From Rebecca billardiae RCC1528 (Eukaryota; Protista; Haptophyta): a DNA stretch of 64,000 nucleotides. The position numbers were made by a program, and so were the translations under genes. The notes beneath the pieces are model-generated. The model had not been told where the DNA came from. It worked only from the letters and a program-made list of their open reading frames with translations, and made no database searches. Positions 44,201-56,402 of the stretch are shown one piece after another (positions within the stretch are counted from its first letter, which is position 1; each line of letters starts with the position of its first letter). The DNA lies in assembly GCA_965240325.2 (NCBI GenBank), contig OZ251222.1, forward strand, positions 1,302,001-1,366,000, read 5' to 3'.

Positions 44201-45606
44201 GCTCGATCAGCTCCTGGTCGCACAGACCGCGCTTGTACACGATGAAGGCGAGGTGCGGGTCGCGCTTCTCGCAGTACTCGCCGACCACCTTCGAGTCGTA
44301 GTAGATGTTGGTGGTGAGGTGCTTCTCCGGGTCGTTGTTCATGTCGACGTAGATCTTCATCAGCGCGTTGTGCACCGCCGGCTCCTGCACGCCCTCGTTC
44401 ACGCGCGCCTCGAGCCACGGCTGCAGCAGCTTGAGCCGGTTGCGGTGCTCGCACGCCTCGACGAGCGCCTCGGCCGGGCACATGCCGCGCACGGACAGGA
44501 TGAGCGTGCGGACGAAGTCCTCGCCGCAGTCGACGTCGAGCAGCGCGCCCGCGACGTTGGGCGTCTTCATCGGGTTCACCTTCGTCACGTACAGCTCGAT
44601 GTACTTGATCATGTTGTTGTTGTACAGGTACTGCGTGAGCTCGTCGACCATGTCGAAGCGGTCGCACACGTTGATGAGCGGCCGCTGGTCGGGCAGCCGC
44701 GCCTCCTTCAAAAAGTCCTTCACCTGCACCGGGTCGTAGTGGTTGTCCTCGCGCGTGATGCGCTCGACCTCGGCGTAGTTGCCCACCTTCGTCGCCGCCT
44801 CGATGTACTTGAAGTGCACGAGCGGGTCCTCCGTGTTCCCCGCGACCGCGCCGAGGTAGTAGAAGAGTCCCTCGTACGACTTGTAAGTCTCAAAGAGCTC
44901 GATCAGCGCGGCCGGCTTCTCCTCGGTGAGCTGCGCCGAGTACTCGCGCGCGATCTGGACGATCACCTGCAGGTTGGCGCGCATGTTGGTGCGCATCAGG
45001 TGGTGCAGGCACTCGAGCGCGTCCTCGACCGAGAGCGTGCCGAAGTACTTCACCAGCCACTCCGGGTTGAGCAGGTCGGTGCGCGTGATCGAGCGCTTGA
45101 TGTCGGCAATGTCCGTGTAGTTCTCGAGCGCGCGCTGCGGCAGCCCGGCCTTCTCACAGAGCTGCGCGATGCGCGCCTTGTCGAAGTGGGAGAACATGTC
45201 GTTGGCGAAGATGGCGTCCACCACGCCGGGCTGCCCCGCCATCAGGTTCATCTCGAGCAGCCGCGTCTGCAGCGGCCCCTCCTCGGGCTTGTTGTTCTTG
45301 AGCGCCTCGAGCAGAAACGAGGTCGCCTGCTGCAGGCAGTTGTACCGCATAAAGATGTCGGTGACCGCGTTCAGGTCGAGCGCGCCGCCGGAGGACGGGT
45401 TGGACGCGAGCTTCTGCGCGACCTCGCACGCGCCCTGCGGGTTCACGCGGATCAGGCTCTCGATCAGCTCCGCCGAGTTGCCCGAGAAGCCAACCTGCAG
45501 CAGCGGCCGCGCGCCGGCCGGCGCGCGCGCGCGTGAGCGCGGCGCGTGCGTGAGCGCGTGGCGAGGCGCGCGCGGCGGGCGCGCCGCGCGCGCGCGGCGC
45601 GGCGGC

Positions 45607-45638
<32 letters not shown>

Positions 45639-48390
45639 GCGCGCGCACCTTCTCGCAGTACAGCGGGATCTTGTCGTACTGCCCCGTCTCCATGAAGGTC
45701 TGGATCACCTTTGCCTGCGCGTTCGCCTTGAGGTAGATGGACAGCGCCATGTTGAGGTCGACGGGCTTGACGACGTCGCCGAGCTCCTCCGAGCACTCCA
45801 GCTTGTCCTCCTGCAGCCACTTCTGCAGCAGGTCCTTCTTGCCCTGCTGCAGCACGGGCTTGGCGAGCTCGAGCGTCTCGAGCCGGTTGAGCTTGCCCTT
45901 CTCGAGCAGGCAGCCGAAGTAGGTCAGGATCGGCGACGGCTGGCCGGGCGTCGCGGGCGCCTGCTGGAAGCGCTGGATCGTCGCGGCCGTGCGCAGCGCG
46001 CCCGCCGGCGACTCGGCGGCGATCTTGGCGGCGCCCTTGTAGTCGCCCTGGCCGAGCAGCTGCTCGAACTGCTGGCCGATCAGGTTCTCTGCGCCGGGCA
46101 GCCCCGCGCGCGTCGCCAGCCGCAGCCCGAGCTGGAAGTTCTTCAGCTGGTGCACGATGTACGGCACGACCGTCGACTCCTCGAGCGAGACGGAGAGCAC
46201 CTGCCCCTTGCGGTTCACGCCGATCAGCCCGCCGGTGGACTCGTGGTCGGCGGTGACGAAGATCGTCTCGGAGGAGATGCGGTTCATGTAGATCATCGCG
46301 CCGCTCTCGAGGTCGTGCACGTGGCAGTAGCCGAACTTGGTCACCATGAAGATCACGCCGTGCTTCTTCGAGACGCGCATCGAGACGGGGAAGTCGTTCG
46401 CCGCCTCGGGCGGGAAGTAGATGTCCGCCTGCTTCTTCTGGAAGGGCGGCGCGCCGGGGCCGCGCGCGCCGGGCGCGACTTCGATCACGTGCAGCTTCGA
46501 GCCCTGCGCGCCCTTCACGGCGAACGTGAAGAGCGTCGACTCGCTCGTCGCGCCCTCCGTCGTGAAGTTGGCGAAGGCCGCCGCGTGCCCCTCGATCGGC
46601 TGCGACACGTTCTTCTCCACCGAGAAGAGCTGCATCGCGCCGATGATGCGGTTGGTGCCTGGCTCGGACTTGATGCCAATCAGAACGCACCACTTCTCCG
46701 ACGCGCTCGCCTTGTAGTTGATGATCTGCGTGTCGTTGAGCGACGCGTGCCGGTCGAACATCTTCTTCGGCTCGGACTGGCCTGCGCGCGAGCGACGCGC
46801 CGCGCGCCGAGCAGCGCGAGCGCAGCGGCACACGCGGGGAAAGGGGCGGCGCGCGCGGGCGTGAGCGGCTGTGCACGCCGTGGCAGGCGCGGGGAGGGCA
46901 CGCGCGCGCCGCCGTGTGCCCGTGCAGCGGGCCCGCCCACCCCTCGCCGCGCTCAGCACGTGAGCCGCCGCGGAAACAGCCCCCCCCCCCAGCCCACACC
47001 CACGCGCAGCCGGGCAGAGCCGGGCCGCGCAGCGCGAGGCAACCGAGCGCGCCACGCGCGCGGCCGCGCTCGCGCGGCCGTGGGCACACAAGGTGCACAG
47101 CCTGGCGGCGCGTGCGGCTGCACCCGGCAGGGCCTCTCTCCCCTCTCGCACGCCCACGTGCGCCAACCCACTGGCCGGCGGGTGGCGCCGTCGTGCGCGG
47201 CCCAAGGCTCGACGGCCGCTGGCCTCGTCCGAGCAGCCGAGGCGCGCGGCGCCGGACGGCCGAGCCGCCGACGGCAGGTGGCCACACGCGGCAGAGAAGC
47301 CGACGCGCGCCAGCGCCGCCGGCTCGCGCTGCCGCCGTCCGGCCCGCCCCCCACCCGCGCGCGCTCGCGCGAGCGAGCCTCCGCCGCCAGCCGTGCCGAC
47401 CCTTCCCTCCCTCCCCTCGAGGCGAGCGCCCTGCGCAGCGCAGCCATCCTGCCTGCCAGCTGGGCGCGTGTTTCTTGCCCGCCTGGGACCCTCCCCCTGC
47501 GTGCCACGCGCGTCCCGCCCAGCGTGCGCTCGACAGCGGGGCGGCGAGTGGCGCCCGATGCTCGCGCGCGCGGCCACGCTGCGCGTCCCACCCGCCGCGT
47601 GTGCCCGGCTGCCCTCCCTGCCGCGCCCCCTCGGCGTAAGCGGCTGCACCACGCGCGCGCGCACGCGCGCACCGTCCATGGCCCAGTGGAAGACCGCACT
47701 GCCCGTCACCAGCGCGACGGTCGAGGCGGAGACCCACTTCCAAAAGACGACGGGGTCGGGCATCTGCACCGACTTCATCTTCGACTTCATCTCCAGGTTG
47801 AAGATCTGGAGGTAGTTTTGCGCTGCGCGTCGTGCGTGGCGGGGTGCGCACGCGCGCGCGCGCGCGCGGGCAGGCAAGCGCCGCATCCGGAGCCACCAGC
47901 CAATGAGAATGCAGCACACCGCGCGCGGCGCGCGCGCGGCGAAGAGTGCGCGACGGCGTGGCGGCTGGCTGCGGCAGCGTGGCACGGGCACGGGGCGCGG
48001 CACGCCGCGCAGAGCGCGCGCGCGGCGCACCCTTGAGCGCGATGACCTTCGAGACCGGGTTCATGATGGCCGAATCCGCCGAAATGGGGCGGCGCTGGAT
48101 GTCGCTCGGGTTGGACATGTCGATGATGACGACCTGCACCTGCCCGTTGACCTCCTCGCGGACGCAGATGTACTTGTCCGACTCCATCGTGAGCGAGTTG
48201 AACGAGACATACTGCTGGTTGATGCCCAGCGAGACCAACTGCCGGAGGAGGAAGGCAACAGCCGCAGCGCCGAGCGCGGTGCCGCGCGGCCACGGAGGCG
48301 TGAGCGGACAGGGCGCGCGGGCGGCAGGTGGTGGACGCGCGCGCGTACGTTGGCCACTTCCTGGAAGCGGATCGGCAACTGCTGCGCCAT
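41207..48390 (-). CDS. CLTC: Clathrin heavy chain, 9 exons: 48349-48390, 48031-48238, 47673-47822, 45649-46781, 42466-45494, 42224-42293, 41998-42090, 41639-41776, 41207-41470
   Basis: [76 protein letters not shown] and [15 protein letters not shown]. All eight introns are GT-AG and frame-consistent. Confidence 0.97.
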
Positions 48391-48743
48391 GGCGGCTCGG
48401 CGGGGAGCTGGCGACGGCCGCGCTGCCGAGGTGTTGTCGCTGCGCTGTCGCGACAGCGAGTGCAACTCGGCGGCGGCTCTTCCGGATCACGGGAGTCCGG
48501 CGCCCCGCGCGTCCTGCGCATTTCGTCACGGCAACCCAAACCGAGCGGGAGCGGCAATACCATACCAGTAAGAAGTTTACCCCGTTAATATGTACCCGCA
48601 GCCGCCGCCGCCGTGCGTCCGGGCCGACCTCACAACGGGTCAACGGCACCTTCCCGGACCACTGGGCGGCAGCGTTCAGCGTCCGGCCGCAGGGAACACC
48701 GGTCACTTCTCGGAAGTGTACGGCCGACGAGCCGCCCATCGGC

Positions 48744-49640
48744 ATGGTGTCGTCGGGCGTGGAGGGCTGCGGCCTGTCGGCGCCGTGGGTCACGCGCACC
48801 GTGCGCGCCGTGCACGTGGCTCTCGCTTCCATCGTGATCCTCGACCCTCCGCCCGTCAACGCCGCCATCGCCGCTCTCTGGCGGGCGATGCGGACGCCGG
48901 CGTTTGTGCATCACTACATGTTTGAGGCGTTCGTCGCGCTCTTCTCCTTCGGCTTCTGGGTCGGCGTGTACAAGGTGGTGGACCGCGTGCCCCGGCTTCG
49001 AAAGTACCGATTCGGCGGCGTCATGCGTCCCGCCCAGCAGAGCGTCGACGCCGCGAACAGCTGGCTCGCCGCCGGTGCGTACATGCTGCTGATCTGGACG
49101 TACCACCAGTTCAAGGCCAAGCCGCCGCTCGACCCGGCGCCCCCGAGCGTGCGCCGGGTGGGTGTCGAGCTGGTGTGCGGACTGGTGGCCTATGACATCC
49201 TCGAGTTCCTCGTGCACTCGCGCTTCCACCACTGGCGCGTGCTCCAGCCCTTCCACAAGAAGCACCACACGCAGACCCACCTGACCTCGCCCGAGGTGCT
49301 CAACCACGGCCTGCTCGACGGCTTCCACCAGGTGGCGCTCAACGTGCTCGCGCAGTTCGTGTCGCCCTGGCGGGCGAAGCACTCGCTCTCGCGCGTGCTG
49401 CACAACATCGTCATCACGTACATGCTCACCGAGATCCATGCGGGCTACGACGGGCCGTGGTGCATGCACCACGTATGGCCGTGGCTGATCGGTGGTGCGG
49501 AGCGGCACGAGGTGCACCACCGCAACGGCGGCGTGTACTACTGCGAGTTCTTCAAAGGGTTGGACGACGCCTTCGGATACGTGGAGCGCAGTGGCACGCC
49601 GCCGCGCCAGGAGCGGCGGGCGAAGTGCGCGCTCGACTGA
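48744..49640 (+). CDS. Fatty-acid hydroxylase / sterol desaturase superfamily protein
   Basis: His boxes HSRFH, HKKHH, EIHAGY and HEVHH, plus TM segments. Start uncertain (48744 or 48888). Confidence 0.85.
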   Translation: MVSSGVEGCGLSAPWVTRTVRAVHVALASIVILDPPPVNAAIAALWRAMRTPAFVHHYMFEAFVALFSFGFWVGVYKVVDRVPRLRKYRFGGVMRPAQQSVDAANSWLAAGAYMLLIWTYHQFKAKPPLDPAPPSVRRVGVELVCGLVAYDILEFLVHSRFHHWRVLQPFHKKHHTQTHLTSPEVLNHGLLDGFHQVALNVLAQFVSPWRAKHSLSRVLHNIVITYMLTEIHAGYDGPWCMHHVWPWLIGGAERHEVHHRNGGVYYCEFFKGLDDAFGYVERSGTPPRQERRAKCALD

Positions 49641-51736
49641 CGTCTCTGCGGCACTATTCTCGGGGCACCGTCGGCGCCCCGCCGCGTGCTGCGGCGCCTA
49701 GGTGCCGGCTGCCCGGGGCTGCCTCAATCCGACGCGCGTTACCAAAGTTGATGAAACTTGACGAATATTTTAGCAGCTGGCTCAGTGATCGCTCGTTATT
49801 TGATGCACGCATCTGTGACGTCCGCCTATAATATAAATATCAGAAATCACGGTGATAGAGTCAGACTACCGCGGCTGGCCGTTGGGCGGACTCGGCGCGG
49901 CCGCGGCTCGGAAACAGTCCATCGTCAGAGTAGTAGACGGTCCTGCTATTTTAAGTACTCGATCTACGGTCGAATTCGCGCCGTCGCGGAGGCAGTCAAC
50001 GTGACTCCGGCCGCAATAACTTGTCACAGGCAGTATTTTAGTAGGCGCGCGCGCCGGGCCCGAGTCTCCGCGGGCGGGGCCCGCGGGCGCGCGTCCGAGA
50101 CGGGCCCGGCGTCGCACTGGACACGTGCGGATCGTCCGAGAGACTCGCGCGGGCGCCGCAGCGCGGACGACCGCTGGGCCGATGCCACCAGTCCGCGATA
50201 ATATCTCGGCCTATGCATTCTCGAACGTCCCAGCAGATCGAAGCAGCCCGTTTACATGAAGAGGATCCGACGTCAATTATGATCGTCAGTCGTCGGACTC
50301 AATTTCAGACAGTACGGTCTCACTCGTTCGTAGCTGGCGGCGCCATGGGCACTGTTCCCAACTGTCACACTGTGCAGTCCAGCGCGCGCGCCGATTATCT
50401 GCTGGCGGTTAGCTGATGTGTGATCCCGCCGTCCGGCCGGTCGCCGGACTGCCGCGCCTGAAGTCTAGCTCTGCGCGCGGCCGACGGCCGACGGGCCCGA
50501 GCCCCGAGCGGCCTCACTGTCTGCTTCGACTAAGTCAGCAAGTGAGACTCTCGCAAGTCGCGGCTGGCGCCGCTCGCCGCCGATGTGCCGCGGCTTCGAG
50601 TAATCGAGTGAACTTTGACGAGTAACTAGTCCGCATGATGATGAGTGCGGGACGTCCCACTGTCCCACTTATATAGTAGGCCGAATTCTTATACTCGGCG
50701 TCTCGGCGGTGTCAGCACCGATGGCGATAGTCCGATTTACGCACCGGACGCAATGTCCGAGCGAGCTTTCACATGGTCAGTACTATGACTACTATCAGTA
50801 TCTTATTACCAGCTGTGTCAGTCAGTACCCGAGATACATTACTCACGAACAGATAATAGTACGTAGGTGCTGTGCCGCTGTCGTCCGACGGCGGCCGGCG
50901 CACGGTGAGCGGCTGAGCGCTCTCGTGGAGCCCGTGTAAGTGGTCGGGCGCTGAGCGGCATGACGCGGGGGCGTGCAGAGAAGCGCGGGGGCACCATTCT
51001 TCTGTCGCCATTCAGCTGCCTGGGTTCGGCAGGTTTTTGGCGCGCTCAGAAGCCGTACAGTACTGACACTACAGTTCAGACTCAAGTCCGACTCAACTGG
51101 ACAGCTAGGCCGGCATGGTGTTTTGAGCCAGCCCGGCCGAAGATAGGACGGCACGCCTGTGAACGTGCAGAGCTCGCAGCGACCCCGTTGTGAGCGCGTG
51201 CACGCGGGCAAGCGCGCATTGCACTCGCGGCGCCGCGGCGACCGTACTACAGTTTGCTCAGATTTAACGTGCACACTTGGTCCAGGCGTGATTACTTATC
51301 GGCTTCCGATTGACATCTGAGTAATAAGTACTACGAATACCGATACATACGGTCATCGGTACGGTGTCCGAGTACGCGAACGAACGCGTACGCCCATGCC
51401 GCATGCGCACGCTTGACGACGCCACCTCTGAGTCAGTCCTCTCTGAGTGAGGGCATCAGCTCAGGAAGGGATTCATGCGCCTTTCCTGGGTCTACTTGCG
51501 ATGACAAAATGCAGCGTTCCGCGGTGCAGTAGCGTCAGACAGCGGCAGCACTGGGTACCTTCAGTACTGATAGTAGTGGGGAGTGAGCACCTTCGTTTGG
51601 AGCCTGTTGACTCGTCGATCGAGCAGACGGCCACCAACAAGGACGCGTCCTTGTTCGTGGCCCCCTGGCCTGGTCAGCGTCCTTGTTGGTGCTGTGCAAT
51701 AATGCATGCGGCAGGGCTGGTTGAGGTCATGTGGGC

Positions 51737-52684
51737 ATTGACACTGCACCAAAAAGGGGGGGGTCCCCAAATTGTCCCAAAATTGTCCCCGCCAACGGCT
51801 CGATGGCTGCCGCACGTGCGTGCCCCGCGTGCCTTGCGCGTGTACGTGCACGGTAGGAGGGCGTCCCGACAGCGAGGGCGGGGTGGCGTAGATGGTCTCG
51901 TGGGAGGTGTGCCCGTGTGCCGGAGACGCTTCGACACCTTGGTGGCGTGCCCACACCTGTCCTTGTCGCCGCTCGCCTGCTGCGTGCTCGACCAGCCGTG
52001 TTGAGAGCACGCCTGCGCCGCTGCGCGTGCATGGTGGCCAATGTCGGGCAGATCGACTATCGAGCCGTAGTGAGTGCGCGTGCGGGTACTCCTACCCGAT
52101 GCGTCTCTCTACCACTGTCGCAAGCCCTCGTGCGCGTCGTGAAACCTGTCGAATCCAGTCGGGCACATGCCCAACATGCTCGCGAACAATAGCCGAGGAG
52201 TGGGGTCAAATGCGCTATTTGAAAACAAAACTGGCCAGCACTAGGCAGCAAGTGTCGGAAGTACCACCATGATAACGTTGACACGTCGTGGGTTTGAGTG
52301 CACGGCTTAGGGTTGACGTACAAGAGCTACTGCGACGGTGTCAGAGAAGCGCATCGGGTAGGAGTACCCGCACGCGCACTCACTACGGCTCGATCCGTCC
52401 GACATTGGCCATGCACGCGCAGGCGTGCTCTCCGGAACACGGCTGGCCGAGCACGCAGCAGGCGAGCGGCGACAAGGAGGTGTGGGCACGCCACCAACGT
52501 GTCGAAGCGTCTCCGGCACACGGGCGCACCTCCCACGAGACCATCTACGCCACCCCGCCCTCGCTGTCGGGACGCCCTACCGTGCACGTACACGCGCAAG
52601 GCATGCGGGGCACGCACGTTCGGCAGCCATCGAGCCGTCGGCGGGGACAATTTTGGGACCCCCCCTCGGTGGCGCAGTGTCAAT
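51737..52684. mobile_element. ~950-bp foldback/MITE with diverged ~350-390-bp TIRs
   Basis: 51737-52122 versus 52331-52684 with several substitutions and indels. Ends are ATTGACACTGC..GCAGTGTCAAT. Confidence 0.85.
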
Positions 52685-53186
52685 CGGCAATATGACCGCC
52701 GAGGAAAGATGCAAGTGCGTCTATTACTACAGATTCCGACGAAAATATTAGACGATGAATACGAGATGTTCGAAACCGTATGTGGATAGTCATTGTCCGT
52801 CGTGTCGGCGACGCTTATGATAGACCACTGTGGTTAACTCGCCAGCCACTCACAGTTGTTCACTTGGTTAAGAAGTCGCCGACGAGCCCGCGAGATCATA
52901 TACACGCGGGCGCTCGCGGGCGGGAGTTGTGGGACCGGCGACAAGCCGACAATAACGGTTCGTGATTCCACTTTTATCACCGATAGCAGTTGAGTGCTGT
53001 CGTATTAATCGTCAGGCGAGACCCCGCCCCTGAGTCGCCGAGACGCCGACGCGCGCGCGTTCGCCGCCCCACCCGCCAATCCCCGCCGCCAACCGACGTT
53101 TCCGTCGCCGGGCAGCGCCCGCCCCTTCCCCGCTCCACGCACGGCGCGCGTCTGCCAGTGCGTCCACGAGAAAGAGCCTGGGCGCC

Positions 53187-56165
53187 ATGTGGCGAGAGCG
53201 CGCAAGGCAGCCCTTCTGGACGCGCGTGCACCGGCCGTCGCGAGCATCCACGACCCCGTACGCAGGCGACGTGCCCGCGCCCGACCGCGACGAGGGTGCG
53301 GACATCTCCCTGCTCACGTCGCGGTTCCGCGCACCCGCGCTGAGCCGTGCGTACGAGCGCGCGCGCGCGCACGAAGACTCGACGCTCTTCCTGACGATGA
53401 GCGTGATGCTGACTCTGGCGCTCGGCGTGAACGTGCTCAGCTCGCACGCGGCCGCGGCGCGCCCCCACAACATGCCTGCCGCCGAGATCGCCTTGCTCGC
53501 GCTGCTCGGCGTGCTATGGCTCGTCCGCTTGCTCATGCTCGGGCTGTACGCGCGCGCGCACGTTTCTCGGCTCGCGCTCGAGCTTGCAACGACCTGTGAG
53601 GTAGTCGCAAGGATCGCTCTACGCGCCGCAGTGACCATTCCTCTGGCCTTCGCGGATGACAACCACGGCATCGAGGCGGCCGCGCACCTGGAGCTCGCGG
53701 CGTCGGCAATGGAGGTGGCTGCGCTCGCGCGATACGAGCTCGCGCCGCCGGTATGCGGCGCAGTCGTCGTGCTGGAGCTCGTCGCGGCGTTCGACCCGCT
53801 CCGCGCGGACAGCATGCGCATCGCGCTCAGCGTGTGCGCGTTCGCGCTGCTCACCCTGCCGCTGCTGCTGGGCCACGAGCTGACCAAGCGCCGGGCGTGG
53901 CTGGAGCGGAGGCGGTTGTGCTGGCTGCGGCAGGAGGTGAGCCACTTCGGTACGCGCTCGCGCACCGGTGGCCCGCGTGCGCGCGACACGCCGTGCCATG
54001 CGCGCGCACCGCCTGGGCGCAGATCTCATCGCACCGTTTGCTGGCTGGCCGCGCGCGCGCGCGCCCTGCACGCAGGGCTCAACCATCTTTACCACGCTTC
54101 CTCGACGATCGATCTGGCGCTCGAGCGCGCGGAGGAGGCCGGCCCGACCCACAAGGCGTGGGCCAGCCCGGCGCTCTCCTCGGTTGCCGACACGCTCGAC
54201 GCGGTCACGAAGGTCCTTCGGCTCATCTGCGACGACACGGTGTCATCGGCCGAGGCGAGGCAGGCCGAGTTCAGTCTGGACGACTTTGCCGCCATCGCTT
54301 TCCGCGGAATCGTGCACACGGTCGAGCCGAGCGCCGAAGGCCGGCGCGCGCGCTTCGACTCGTGGGCGGCACGCGCGATCCTCGCGGACGTGGCGGCGGT
54401 CGGGCGGCAGCGCTCGAGCGCGGCGCTGCTCGGGGGCCTCCTCCTGCACGAAGCGCGCGGGCAGCTCGTTCTCCGCCTCTGGGCGCGCACCGATGGCGTC
54501 GACCTCAACCCTCCGGCCCGGCGCATTGCCGCGAGGCATCCCTCCTCCGAGGGTGGTGGTAGCTTCGGGCGCCGCGGGAGCGCCACCCCTACCGAGTCGC
54601 CACCCGCTGAGCTTCTCCACGACGCGCACGAGGGCGACGCGCCCAAAGGGGTGACGCGGGGGCCGCTCAGCCATGCTGCGGAGAGCGCGCGCGCCGCGGG
54701 CGGCACGCTTGAGGTGCGGCACGACGAGAACCGCGAGTGGGCGCTCATCGAGCTGAGCATGCCCGTCGCCGGAGTCCGCGACTCGATGTCGCGCTCGGCG
54801 CAGCCCTTCGGCAGAGCCATGCCCGACGCACTGCCGGGACGTGTGGCGTCGGCGGCAGGGGATGCGCCCGGCGGTCCGCGTCACCCGCCGCTCCTCGTGT
54901 GCGGACCGCCGGGCCTGCCGATCGTCATCGACCGGTCCTCGGCCGCGTCGACGGCAACCGCAAGCTCCCCTGCGCGCGACGCGATTCGCCAGCTGCGAGC
55001 GGCCGCGTCGCGGCTGCGGCGGCACTCGAGCGGCGCCATCGACCTCGGCATGCACACGCGCACGCAGCAGGGCCTGCGCGCGCATGGGTGCAGGCTCAGC
55101 AGCCGCAGCTCGCGCGGGAGTGGCCGGAGCTCGTTCGAGTTTGGCTCGCCCATCGCGCAGGCTGCGCTGAGCGACGCCTCTGCGGCTGCCTTCGGCGGCT
55201 CCACGGTCGGGGCTGACGCGCACGACTGTGCAGCGCCGTACGCTGGCTACCATCCGGGTATCCCCCTCTGCGTCGCATCTGCGCTTCCCGAGCCGACGCA
55301 CGCGCGCGCATTGCCCGACGCAGCTGCGCCTCCGACGCGCAATGTGCCAGGCCAAGCGTTGCCCACCGCCGCCGCTGCCATCAAGGCTCTCGTCGAGCCT
55401 GACCCCGCCTACCGACCGCCGGCCGTGTCGGCCGAGTCGGCGGCCACGCGCTCGCCCATGCCCACCAAGCACATCGGCATCGACCGGGCTCGCTTCCGCG
55501 AGCCCGCTACCGCAGCCGAGCGCGCGTGGCGCATCCTGGTCGTGCTGGACAACCACCTTGACCCGCCGGGATGGAAGGGCGAGCTGACTGGCCGGCATGT
55601 CGCGCGCCGGCTGCGCGAGCTCGGATCAGACGCCACGGTCGTGCTGCACACGGCGTGCTCCCCCGTCGAGCAGGCGCAGCTCGTGGCCGAGGGCTGCCTC
55701 GACGCGGTCACTCTCAAGGACAGGGCAGGGCGCGAGCACGTGTGCAACCTGTGCGCGCAGCACGACCTGTGCGTGTTCGTGGACGACATGCAGATGGTGC
55801 TCACGTCGATTGACCTCGCGCTCGGCAAGCAGCTGTACAACAAGGTGCGCTCGCCGGCGCCCGGCGACGGCTGGCTTGCGACGGCGAACGCGCACGTGCG
55901 ATACGCCATGATCTCGCGCGAGTCGGAGCTGGATCTGGTGTACGCGGTGTGCATGCACGAGCTCGTCTTCGACGACAACCTGCTCGTGTGGGCGCCCAAG
56001 TCGCCCGGGCCGTCGGCGACCTCAGGGCCTGCAACGGCTTCGTGCCCAGCCAGCAGCGCGATTAGCTCGCGCCTCGACTCCGCGCCGAGCACCTCGAATA
56101 TCGCGCTCTCGCCTTCCCTCGACGAGCACGTCCTCGCCGCCTCGCGAGCAAGGGAGCCATGCTGA
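53187..56165 (+). CDS. Membrane-bound degenerate hybrid histidine-kinase-like protein with receiver-like domain (intron 53950-54075)
   Basis: About 5 N-terminal hydrophobic helices. Spliced EVSHFG|LNHL resembles an H-box, ARAAGGTLEV resembles the HATPase C-terminus, and VVLDNHL..TG..VARRLR..VVLHTA..DAVTLK is receiver-like. Confidence 0.6.
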   Translation: MWRERARQPFWTRVHRPSRASTTPYAGDVPAPDRDEGADISLLTSRFRAPALSRAYERARAHEDSTLFLTMSVMLTLALGVNVLSSHAAAARPHNMPAAEIALLALLGVLWLVRLLMLGLYARAHVSRLALELATTCEVVARIALRAAVTIPLAFADDNHGIEAAAHLELAASAMEVAALARYELAPPVCGAVVVLELVAAFDPLRADSMRIALSVCAFALLTLPLLLGHELTKRRAWLERRRLCWLRQEVSHFGTRSRTGGPRARDTPCHARAPPGRRSHRTVCWLAARARALHAGLNHLYHASSTIDLALERAEEAGPTHKAWASPALSSVADTLDAVTKVLRLICDDTVSSAEARQAEFSLDDFAAIAFRGIVHTVEPSAEGRRARFDSWAARAILADVAAVGRQRSSAALLGGLLLHEARGQLVLRLWARTDGVDLNPPARRIAARHPSSEGGGSFGRRGSATPTESPPAELLHDAHEGDAPKGVTRGPLSHAAESARAAGGTLEVRHDENREWALIELSMPVAGVRDSMSRSAQPFGRAMPDALPGRVASAAGDAPGGPRHPPLLVCGPPGLPIVIDRSSAASTATASSPARDAIRQLRAAASRLRRHSSGAIDLGMHTRTQQGLRAHGCRLSSRSSRGSGRSSFEFGSPIAQAALSDASAAAFGGSTVGADAHDCAAPYAGYHPGIPLCVASALPEPTHARALPDAAAPPTRNVPGQALPTAAAAIKALVEPDPAYRPPAVSAESAATRSPMPTKHIGIDRARFREPATAAERAWRILVVLDNHLDPPGWKGELTGRHVARRLRELGSDATVVLHTACSPVEQAQLVAEGCLDAVTLKDRAGREHVCNLCAQHDLCVFVDDMQMVLTSIDLALGKQLYNKVRSPAPGDGWLATANAHVRYAMISRESELDLVYAVCMHELVFDDNLLVWAPKSPGPSATSGPATASCPASSAISSRLDSAPSTSNIALSPSLDEHVLAASRAREPC

Positions 56166-56402
56166 GAGCGAACCGCATCTGAATCTGATTGATCTGAATG
56201 ATGCATGCTGTACCGTAGTAGTCGTTAGTACTGACAGTGTACTGTATACTCAACTGCATCATTGTGATTTGTGCTTATCCTCGTTGGACGTCGTCCGCCT
56301 TTGCATGTTCCCGACTGCTTTCTCGCGGGTGCAAGTGTGCAACGAGTAGCAGGCGGCGAGGGCCGAGGGCGGGGCCAACGACGGCGGTGCAGGCCGCGTG
56401 CA

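Noticed and set aside
42271-48868. Very long antisense and alternative-frame ORFs (e.g. 42282-45536 +, 45464-48868 -, and similar ones elsewhere)
   Set aside because: Expected shadows of extreme GC content and codon bias. They are Arg/Ala/Pro-rich with no domain motifs.
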